Below, one piece after another: positions 21,534-31,284 of a stretch of DNA of 31,781 nt. Source of the DNA: Vitrella brassicaformis CCMP3155 (Eukaryota > Protista > Chromerida); NCBI GenBank assembly GCA_001179505.1, contig CDMY01000678.1, positions 1 through 31,781 on the forward strand, read 5' to 3'. How positions within the stretch are numbered: position 1 is the stretch's first letter; every line of letters starts with the position of its first letter. The notes below the pieces were generated by a model. The model did no database searches, had not been told where the DNA came from, and saw only the letters and a program-made list of their open reading frames with translations. The position numbers were made by a program, and so were the translations under genes.

Positions 21534-24500
21534 TGAAGGGGTGGTGTGTGTGTCATGTGTGTGTGTACCAGATTTGTTGTCGTCTGTGTCTTTTGAGAAG
21601 AGGGCGTATACGTGCCGGGGCTCGAAGAACTGCACCAGTGCGTCGGGGTGGCACGTCAGGATCTGACGCAGCGTGAACAGACACAAATCCTGGAAAGCCG
21701 GGTAGTTCCTGACAGCCACAGCCGACCCCGCCACACATCCATCCATCCATCCAGCCATGTGTGTGTGTGCATCTTACTGGAGCTCTTGGAAGACGTCTTC
21801 GAGCGACGCGTAGCAGTCCCTCATGAGGCTCAAGTGCAGCACCTGCTGGATGCGCTGCAGCTTCTGCTTCCCACTCAGCCGCAGCGACCGCAACACCTGC
21901 TTCAGCGGACTCGGGCCGACCCATGATCGCACACCCTCACCACCCACACTGCTCTCCTTCCCCGCTCGCTCAGCAGCCATCCGTCGGACCTCCATGCTGT
22001 CCATCGAGGCCACCCGAGCTCGCTGCTGGTCGCCGGCGCGATCAACAGCCTCCACAGCGGAGGCAGACATGGTCGACAGCGGGCGCAGTGGCATCCCGGG
22101 CACCTGCATCTGCCGCTGCTCCTGGTATGAGAGGGCGGGGGAGACCTCCTGGGCGGTCTGCTGGATCTTCTCCTTGAGCTTCTGCTGCTGGTGCTCCCAC
22201 ACGAGGCGGCCGAAGCGCTTGGCCTGCTGGTAGTTGCTCTGGAACTCGGCCTCGTTCTGCGATGCCTGGGCGCCCTGCTCGATGGAGTAGCGGCTGGGCG
22301 GCCGCCATGGCCGCGGTGGCGGCGGGGCTGCTGACGCTGCTGCTGACGCTGCTGGTGCCGGCACGCTCTCCCTCTCTCTCTGTTGCACCCCGTGGTGGAC
22401 AGGGGACGGCTCGTCGTCCTGCTCATACCACTCCTTGCCGCCCCCACTGCTGTCCTCCTGCATGCCCAGCGAGTCCAGCCCCTCCAGTGCCGCGGCTGGC
22501 GCTGGTGGGGGGAGGGGCGCCGCGGGGGGCAGCTGACGAGGGACCTGCTGCTGCTGAAGCTGCTGCATTTGCTGCACCACCCTTTCGCCCGATGGATATG
22601 TCGGCTGTTGCTGTTGTTGCAGGTACGGCTGCTGCTGCTGCTGCTGCTGCACGGGCTGCTCTACCGTCATTCTGGCCTGCTGTGGTGGAGGCTGCTGGGG
22701 CTGCGGCTGCTGCTGCTGCAGCTGGTATAGCTGCTGTGGTGGTTCTTGGGGTGGCTGTTGCTGCTGGTGCATGCCCTGTTCGACGTTGAAGAACGAACCG
22801 GCAAGGGACGGCGGGCCCATCGACGGGCGCTGTGGCTGCTGGGGTGGTGGTGTGGGGGCGGGCGGCTCGTATGATTGCTGCTGGTGGTGGTATGGCTGAT
22901 ACTGGTGCTGCTGGGGCATTGTGGGGGCCATGCTCTCCTGGTCAACCATCGGCTGCAACAAAAACACATAGAGACAGACAATGGGCTCACTGCGAGTCTG
23001 TCCGCCTGTCTGTCCTCTCACCTTCATCTCTTGGCCCACACCGGCTTGGGCCATCATCTGCTGTGGCTGTTGTGGCTGCTGCTGCAGCTGATACCCAGCC
23101 CCTCCCCCGCCCCCGCCCCCCTGCTGCTGCTGCATCATCATCTGCTGCTGCAGGGGCCCGCCCCCCTGCTGAATCAGCTGGTTCATCTCAGAGGCATTAA
23201 GACTCTGAGGCTGCGACGTCCCGGGGTACGATGAGGCATTGGCGGCGTTGTGGAGGTTGGGCAGGTTCATGCCGGGAGGCAGTGGGGGGTAGAACTCGGA
23301 CGGCAACGGCGACGGAGAGGGCATGTTGGACGGCGGCGGGCTGCCGCTCACCGTACCCCCCTGCTGGTGCTGCTGGTACCCCTGCTGCTGCTGATACGGC
23401 TGTTGCTGCTGCTGCTGACCGTGACCGACCTCCTGTGCGAAGGTCATCGGTTGCTGCTCGTATGCCTGCTGGTAGGCCGATGACGCCGGCTGCAGACTCG
23501 GCGAGGGCTCATACGTCTGAGGTGGGGATGCAACGCCTGGAGGGGGGTGCACCGCAATCTGGGGTGGGGGTGACGTCACCATGCTGCCCCAGGTGTAAGC
23601 GTCCGTCCGCGGCGATGACATCGCCGCCATCTGATCGGTCTGCGGCACACCAGCTCCAGCTCCAGCCCAAGCCCCGGCAGGTGCCCGTGAGGACCCTTCC
23701 GCCTGGGCGAGGAAAAGCGGCGACATCTCCCCGTCGCCCTCCATCCCATACATGTACACCGACGGCCGTCTGCCGCCCATTCCCTCTTGTCCGGTGGGCA
23801 CCTGCAGCGTGCTCTGATCGGTGGGAGGGGACGGCTGCTGGACGCTGTCCATGGCGACGAGGTTGGGGGCGATGGGGGAGGTCTGTGAGGGGGAGGAGGG
23901 GAAGGACGGCAGACGGGGGCGGTTGTCGTCGTCCATTGCCGTTGCAGGGCTCAGCTGATGCTGCTGCTGCTGATGCTGCTGCTGCTGCTGTGGGGACGGA
24001 TGGTGCACCATCTGAGTCATCTGGGGTGGAGGAGGACCTTCCTCCTGCAGTATCACGCCGTTCATCATTGTCTGCTGCGGCACCATGGGCTGCTGCTCAG
24101 TCGGCTGCTGGCCGAGCGCCGCGCCCATCTGCTGGAAGGGATCCACCTGCTTGGTCGACGAGTCTCCCTGGTCGAAGGATGGGTAGCCCTGGAAGGGGTC
24201 GATGAAGGCCGTCTGTTTGTCGCCGACAGGCGGAGGCTGATTGCTGAAGGCCTGGGTGGTGGTGGTGGGCTGCTGCTGTTGCTGCTGTGCGATGCCGATC
24301 GTCTCATTCGCCATCGGCTGCTGCGGCTGTTGATACTGATACTGCTGGTCGGTATAGGTAGGGAAGGCCTGCGGCACCATCGGCTGCATGGCGGCGTCCA
24401 CTGTCGGCTGCATAGTATAGGCGTCCATCGGCTGCTGCTGCTGCGGCTGATACTGCGGCTGATACTGCTCCTGCGGCTGATACTGCTGCTGCGGCTGATA

Positions 24501-24710
24501 CTGCTGCTGCTGACCACCAGCACCCACACCCATACCTATAGTCAAATCATACCCACCGCTACTGCCGCCCGGCTGCTGATTCATAGCCTGGAACTGGGCA
24601 GCCAGCCCTCCTTGCTGGCCGAAGGAGGGGTCATGTGTCGGGTATGCCGCACTCATGCTGCCTGCGGGAGGCTGGTAGGGGGAAGAGGGCGGGGGAAGTA
24701 CACTCGCCAT
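16019..24710 (-). CDS. UBP1: Large ubiquitin-specific protease (peptidase C19), ~2114 aa, 23 exons; Gln/Pro-rich N-terminus, central helical region, C-terminal USP domain; likely orthologue of apicomplexan UBP1
   Basis: Exons traced from 24710 to 16019 in one frame (6345 nt). Cys box GLQNMGNT|CYLNSYLQCL (intron 17844-17776), QQDVTE, CKGC and CDKC zinc-ribbon pairs, His box IIHS|GATANSGHYY, WYCFDDS, PYVLFYRC. USP identity is near certain; UBP1 orthology rests on recalled similarity. Confidence 0.85.
16509..16808. other. Assembly gap (300 N) inside USP intron 16816-16370
   Basis: Run of N. The flanking exons join in phase 0 to give an uninterrupted His box (IIHS|GATANSGHYY), so no essential exon is likely hidden. 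Confidence 0.95.
17101..17183 (-). other. Non-canonical GC-AG intron in the USP gene
   Basis: AAG|GCAGGC donor and CAACAG acceptor. Removing this 83-nt segment is required to keep the USP domain in frame, and no suitably placed GT is available. Confidence 0.7.
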
Positions 24711-25077
24711 CCCTCTCCTCGCTCTCTTAGCGGCTCAGCGCACGAAAAATACCCTCGTGTGCATCTCCAACGCCATTGATGTGCTCATTTGTCCGCCATG
24801 GTGATCACAGAAACGACGACTGCTTCTTGGACCAGCCGAAATGCCAGCCTTCGACTTCAGCCTTCGTCTCCACTTCGAAGTTGAGACTCCAAGGACCCAC
24901 AAACCACTTGACAAGATTGCACAGGCGTCGGATTGCTCCTTGTGTAATGTTTCAGCCTCATCCAAAGCTTCCTGCATTTTTGAGCTCGCCACCTCTAAGC
25001 TTGCATTCTCCAGGACCGAAAGCAGCCCTGCGGGAGAGGAAAGAAGGCACCGCATCCCTTGTGGTGACCAGGACCAA

Positions 25078-26468
25078 ATGTCGTTCAAGGGCGACTGCCT
25101 GGCGGGGCGCGTGGCGTTCGTCACTGGCGGAGGCAGCGGCATATGCAAGGGCATCACAAGGGTGCTGATGGCGCACGGATGTGATGCAGTCATCATGGCA
25201 CGCAAGAAGGCAAGGCTGGTGGAAGCAGCGCAGGTACGGACGGAGTAGGGCAGTCAGTGCAGAAACACACGCACACACGCGCGCACACAGGCGGCCATGC
25301 TATCACTCTGTTGCATTGAATGAATGCGCGCAGGAGTTGGAGTCGTTGACAGGTCGGCAGTGCCTGCCTGTGGCCGCTGACGTGCGCGACCCACAGGCGG
25401 TGGACAGGGCGGTGGACGAGGCTGTCGAGCGGTTCGGCAAGATAGACATCCTCATCAACGGGGCGGCAGGCAACTTCCTCTGCCCACTCGACAAGCTCTC
25501 ACACAAAGGTCAGCCGACCCACTGCGGCATGACCCACACACGCCATCCATCCATTCTCTGTTGGTTTGCAGGCTTCAAGGCGGTCATGGAGATCGACACG
25601 TATGGCACCTTTGTGGTGTCGTCTGCCGCGTTCCGCAAGAGCCTTCAGCAGCATGGTGGCGTCATCATCAACATCAGCGCGACACTGCACTACAGCGGGA
25701 CGCTGCTGCAGGCACATGCAGGTGAAGGGATGTGTGGGTGGGTGGCTTGTCACACACATGAATGATGTGTCGGCAACCCTTATTCGTTGGTGATGATGGT
25801 GCAGGCGCCGCGAAAGCTGCCATCGATGCGCTGACCAAGCACATGGCCGTCGAGTGGGGACCATACAATGTACGTTCGTATGCAGGCTGATCAGCGCCCC
25901 TCAGACGATAACCGGTGATGCACATGTATGTGGAATGTGTGTGTGCCTGTTGGGGTTGTAGATCCGTGTGTGCGGTATCGCGCCGGGCCCAATCGAAGGG
26001 ACAGAAGGCATCTCGAGACTAGTGCCTTCATCAGAAGGGTACGCTCGTGCCGTGCAAACCACCCACCCATCTGAATGATCATTCTCTCCATCTTTGACCG
26101 TGTGTGAACATGCAAACAGGCCGAGCGGCGATGACGACACGGACTTCAGGTCGTTCATCCCGCTGCAACGGCTGGGCACTGTGGACGACATCGGCCACGC
26201 CGCCCTCTTCCTCTCACTGCCAGAGGCGTCATACGTCACTGGAACCACACTCGTGGTCGACGGCGGACAGAGCCTCACCTCAGCCAACTTCACGGTCAGC
26301 CAGCTAAGCTAACTCACCAAAGCGCTTAGCTAGATGGAAACCGTGCTCATCTGTGTGTGTCGTGTGTTTGTGTGTTGTGTGGTTGGTCAGGTGTTGGCTC
26401 CTTCGCTTCGTGACGCGTGGCTGAAGGCGCCAGTGCAAGTGGAGGGACGGACCAGGAGCAGACTGTGA
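25078..26468 (+). CDS. DECR2: Peroxisomal 2,4-dienoyl-CoA reductase (SDR family), ~291 aa, C-terminal PTS1 (SRL)
   Basis: Exons 25078-25233, 25334-25508, 25572-25721, 25805-25869, 25962-26038, 26120-26294, 26391-26468. Motifs [74 protein letters not shown]; ends RSRL*. Confidence 0.92.
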
Positions 26469-26494
26469 TCAGCGTGTGTGTGTGTGTGTGGGGG

Positions 26495-26794
26495 NNNNNN
26501 NNNNNNNNNNNNNNNNNNNNNNNNNNNNNNNNNNNNNNNNNNNNNNNNNNNNNNNNNNNNNNNNNNNNNNNNNNNNNNNNNNNNNNNNNNNNNNNNNNNN
26601 NNNNNNNNNNNNNNNNNNNNNNNNNNNNNNNNNNNNNNNNNNNNNNNNNNNNNNNNNNNNNNNNNNNNNNNNNNNNNNNNNNNNNNNNNNNNNNNNNNNN
26701 NNNNNNNNNNNNNNNNNNNNNNNNNNNNNNNNNNNNNNNNNNNNNNNNNNNNNNNNNNNNNNNNNNNNNNNNNNNNNNNNNNNNNNNNNNNNNN
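26495..26794. other. Assembly gap (300 N)
   Basis: Run of N between the converging 3' ends of the DECR2 and TMEM237-like genes. Confidence 0.95.
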
Positions 26795-27032
26795 TGGGGG
26801 GGGTGCCTGCATGGCTGACTAAATGGTCGTGGTGACCTTTTTCTCCAATTGCGTGGTGTGGTTGCTGAACTAACCGTGCCAACGTGTTGAATGATTTGTA
26901 TTTGTCAAGTGGTCCCAAGAGACATATGCACGAGAATGCCATTCACCACACGCAACCAGATGTGTCTCTCAAACACCCGCACCCATCCATCCATCGATCC
27001 ACCCATTGTCCACCCACTCATTTCACCCCTTC

Positions 27033-29436
27033 TCACATTTTCCTGGGCGACGGCATGAACGACGCCTCACTCCCCCGCACCGTAGGCACCTCCACAGCCC
27101 TGCTGCGCCAAGTGCCAGCCGCAGACGACCCCGACCCACCATACGCACTCCCGCCGTCCTGCTGGATGCGGTTGTCCTCCCGCATTCTGTGTGTGGGTCG
27201 TTTGGCGGCCTCATCCTCTCGGCGTTGGAGCCGCCGTGAGAGGAGAGTGAAAAGGGAGGGGATGAACCGCCTGGGGAGGGGGAAGTGGATGAAGGCCAGG
27301 AGATCGATTTGGCAGAAGAACCACGCTATGATGGGCACCTGAGACACACCAAGTGATGTGTGTGTCGGCTGTTGCCGTGTTGGTGTGTGTGTGTGTGTTA
27401 CGAATGTGCGTGTGAGGCTGCATGCGCTCCAGACGCGGTACTCCTCAGCCCGTGTAAGCAGCAACCTGACACATTCATGATGATGCAATATCCATTCGCC
27501 CGTCCCTCTGTGCACGCACTTTTTGTTGGTAGGGTCGTTGAGCAGGAGGTTGTCCAGAGGCGTGGCCAGCACCGACACCAACACCTCACACGCATTCGCT
27601 GCACACATCCATCCATCCATCCATCCATCCAGACACGTATGTCGTTCGCGTCTCACCTGCGATGAGAATCATGACTTTGAACATCCTGGGGTCCAGGAAG
27701 GCGTTCGGGACGGTCACAGCCGACTGCTCCGCCAGATAGCCGCCCACTGCACACACCACATGCAAATATGCACAACGGACGCTTCACATGCAGTGCCGGT
27801 GCGTTTCTCACCTTGCCGATGGATGCGAATGGCCCTCACGCACGCGCCAGTCTGCATTGGCCCATCGCACCCACAGATGCGCGTTCACGTCCATCTGCAG
27901 AATGGCTGTTGCTCACTTGCTGACCAGGCATATGTTTGCGAGTAGGAAGATGGCTCTACTGAGGTAGGGCTCGAAGAACCGGCACCTCTCGCGGTACTCC
28001 CACCCCGTCGGGGAGAGACACCACAGCCACAACGCACAGATGCCCAGACCTACATGGACGACACAAAGCACACACAAGGAGACACGAGAGTAGCACCATG
28101 GCTCGCTGCCCCTAGCTTCCGTATGGCGCTTTCGCGTACCCATGAGTATGCCCTGGAAGCCCGTGATGACGGCATCAGCCGCCGCCTCAATCCGCTCAAA
28201 CAGCGCGCAATATTCGAGTACTGAACACTCCTCAGCGTCATCTGCAGGGGCAAATATGTGCACACATCACCATCCCATCTCCCATCTCCCGCACCTTCCT
28301 TGAGCTGCTGCATTTGTGGGTTGCACAGGGCAGCCTTGATGGACGACAACGAGTAGAATAAAGGGTGCCGCGCAATGAAACGAGTGATGGGCGAGGTGTC
28401 CTCGGCTGGACGGTCGCCCACATCTGCCCCTGCCTGCAGAACGGCCTGCATGCAGCAGAAGAGCAAGCAACATTGCGATTCCATTCCCACAAGTCATTAT
28501 GTAGTGCCCACATCTAGTTTGCTGGGTGGTATCCTCTTGAGTGTGCGGCCATCGAGCGTCTGCACAAACACATCCTGAGGAGGGGCCAACTCTAACAGAC
28601 GATACGAGAGAGAAGAAGAGAACGTAGGGGCCCGAATGAGTGCATGTGCGAGTTTCCTCACTCCCACCTATATCTTGGTAGTCGAGTCCGCCAGCGTATG
28701 TCTTCTTTGGGGAGGACGGGAGGGACAGGGCAAACGACGACGGCATCACTCCCATCTGCTGATATCTCTCAGCCTGACAAGACACGCAGACACGGCAACA
28801 AAGCGCATCATGCGATGAATGCATCCATTCCCCTCCTCTCCCATCTCTCACATGTGAGGCCGGCAGCAGCGCCAGGTCTTCTGGGCTGACAACCAGCGCC
28901 CTGTACCCCTCCACCCTCCCTCCCCGCATCATAACACTGCCCCTGTACGCCATCCCTGGCGGAGATGAGGGCGCCACAGGCGGCAGAGCGGCTGGGGCTG
29001 CGGATGGGGGGCCAACCGGACCTATAAATCAAATGATTCGGGTACTTCATCCATGGATGGATTCACCATGATCTGTCGTCATTCGTTCGTTCTCACCAGT
29101 CGGATGTCCGTAATACATCGGCTGTGCGATTCTGTCCCTTCCATCAGGCGTCGACGAAGGAGGAGGCATGGATGCATCATCTCGAGAAGGGCGTCGCGTC
29201 CTCCGAGAGGCGGGAGCTGCATCAGAAGGCGGCAAATCCATTCCCCGCTGTTCTCGTCTGTAAAGACGATCGGGGGCGCGAGGGGCAGCTGGCCCTGGAC
29301 GCTCACGAGGGCGCTCCTCTCCCGCCCGACAATGCACCTGAATCTGCCCCTTCCCGTGAGAAGCTTCCTCCTCAACGTCCAAATGGCCTCTTTTCGGTGC
29401 CTGCTGTCGCCCCTTCGGTCCCTGCCAGTGCATCAT
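27033..29436 (-). CDS. Four-TM membrane protein, ~550 aa, TMEM237-like (ciliary transition-zone family)
   Basis: 12 exons join in frame: 29436-29097, 29021-28852, 28773-28668, 28591-28512, 28445-28295, 28241-28140, 28049-27925, 27851-27812, 27746-27657, 27598-27520, 27465-27402, 27338-27033. Long hydrophilic N-terminus, then GFQGILMGLGICALWLWCL, LSRAIFLLANICLTGACVRAI, MILIAANACEVLVSVLA, WSACSLTRTFVPIIAWFFC, matching the recalled TMEM237 helix pattern. The gene model is solid; the family call is moderate. Confidence 0.6.
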
Positions 29437-29522
29437 GGATCAGCAACGGCCTCTAGCCACTTCAGCAGACAGGGCTTCAATTGCACTTTGCTGCGGCATT
29501 TCTCAACGGGGGCTTCTGAGCT

Positions 29523-30559
29523 GTGGATGCAAAGATGGGAGTTCCGACAGCGGCGAATCGTTGCCAACTCTGGTGTGCAGTGCGTTATGGATTTGCTGAG
29601 CTATTGTTGCTGAGGACGCAGCTGGAGGCCAAGAGAACTTATGAATGTGCACATGCGGACCTTGCAGTGCGTCCATCGGGTGTGAAGACGGATGAATGGA
29701 TGCCGGTGCAGGTCAAGACGTGCAAAGAGAAGTACCGTCCTCGTGGGAAGGCTTGGCAGTTTCATCGTGTCGATCAGTACCCCGGAATGCCCGTCATTTG
29801 CGTGGCTCTCAGCGACTTTCGCCTCTGGTTTTATTGTGGCACAATGATCTGTCATGACAAGGACGAAGCGGCCACATCGACGTCTGCGACACCGGCCGGT
29901 GGAACGAGCAGCGTTTTCAATGCACAACAGCGTTGAGGGGCACCAACTCGCTATCCACCAGATTACTGAGCGCTTATTCGGACCCATCATTCATCAAATC
30001 TCCATTCAATGACATCATGAAGCAGCGGTCGGAGAAGCACCACAAGGGCGAAATCTCAGAGAGAGCGTGGGACTTCTTATTGGCAGAGGCCGGTGTCTCT
30101 TTTTTTCGGCTGCCTATCCATGAGCACACTGCAGTCGACGCTGTGTGGGAATGGCAGGGGAGACGCTATCGAATTCAGCATAAAACGGTGCACACGCCCT
30201 CTGGACAACGCAGAGGTTTCGTTGTGCATCTCTTCAAATATGCGGGATGAGCCAACGGTCAAAGACGCCTGCAGCTTTACGAGGAGGATGATTTTGACCT
30301 TCTGGCCCTTTCTCTTCCTACAAATCGATATTACTACTTGATGCCGATGGAGACGCTCGTGCAGCGGCGCCTCGTCAACAGCACGGATCTCTTTCAAAGG
30401 ACGAGTGGCAAATCGATCTATTTCTATCCCCCAGGACTTGGAAAGGCCACGCGTGGCCCCAAAGCCGACATGTGGGCCAACGCTTTTATGATCGATCATC
30501 AGGATGCGGATGGGGGAGTGATGAGACTGCATTCAATCCTCAGGACGCGAGGCAAATAG
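29523..30559 (+). pseudogene. Decayed intronless gene for a tandem PD-(D/E)XK-type endonuclease
   Basis: Domain 1: ADLAVRP (D 29658-60)...PVQVKT (QVK 29709-17). Domain 2: AVDAVW (D 30137-39)...RIQHKT (QHK 30176-84)...YEEDDFDLLAL...YYLMPMETL. Frameshift at ~29850-29862 and in-frame TGA at 30248-30250, with coding continuing in the same frame to TAG 30559. The true 5' end is uncertain. Confidence 0.7.
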
Positions 30560-30611
30560 CTTCATTCATCTTTCTGTATGATGTCTTTCTTTCTTTCGGC
30601 TGTGTCTCGGG

Positions 30612-30678
30612 TGTGTGTGTGCGTGCGTGTGTGCGTGTATGTATGTGCGTGCATGTATGTATGTATGTATGTGTGTGT
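30612..30678. repeat. (GT)n/(GTAT)n compound microsatellite
   Basis: gtgtgtgtgtgcgtgcgtgtgtgcgtgtatgtatgtg...gtatgtatgtatgtatgtgtgtgtg read directly. Confidence 0.85.
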
Positions 30679-30780
30679 GACACTGTCCATCGCTGCATAC
30701 TTCAATGCTCTTCAGTCAGATCTGTCCATTTGCATTGTCCATCGGTTTGGACGTGATTCCTTTCATCCGTCGGATCGCAC

Positions 30781-31284
30781 TCATGCCTCTTGACAGCACA
30801 GGCAGTCAGAGAACACGCCGCTGGCCAGTAGCATCCCCTCCACACGGGACTGGTATCTTGTCTTGGTGATCATCTGCGTCACCTGCGTCGTGTCCGCCTG
30901 CTCAGCCTTGTGTCTCGCGAGAGGATCGATGGGCTTCGCGCCTTTCTTCCTGCGCCGCACGGACGTTCTCATGCTCGTCTGCCTGACAAGGTCCATTTCT
31001 CGGCCCAGGCGTTCAGCCTCCTGCAGCGCCTTGTTGAGTGACAGTTGCTCCTCGGCTGTCTTCAGGAGGTGGTCTCTGGCAGCAAAAACGCCGTTCTCGT
31101 CACACAAGTAGTGCATGGCAGGTCGATACGGGTCGTCGATGTGGGTTGTCGCGAAGGATGCATTCAGCTGTTTCAGAGCTCCCAGACCGTTCAGGATGGG
31201 CTGTGGCCAGGTGTCCAGGACCCTCGTGATGCAGGTGCCCTCGCCGCACGAGTTTTCGAGGTCGCATGCTGGATTCCAGGACAC
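30781..31284 (-). CDS. Orphan uninterrupted ORF or exon (167 codons), no recognised domain; start not identified
   Basis: Stop-free frame with non-repetitive composition, a helical segment (EEQLSLNKALQEAERLGREMDLVRQ) and a basic patch (RRRKKGAKP). It begins at GTG after an upstream stop, so it is a fragment or an exon of an unresolved gene. Confidence 0.35.
   Translation of the reverse strand: MSWNPACDLENSCGEGTCITRVLDTWPQPILNGLGALKQLNASFATTHIDDPYRPAMHYLCDENGVFAARDHLLKTAEEQLSLNKALQEAERLGREMDLVRQTSMRTSVRRRKKGAKPIDPLARHKAEQADTTQVTQMITKTRYQSRVEGMLLASGVFSDCLCCQEA

Noticed and set aside
30248-30250. TGA read as Trp or Sec, or programmed readthrough, in the nuclease gene
   Set aside because: TGA is a normal stop in neighbouring genes, and the same gene has an independent frameshift, so decay is the simpler explanation.
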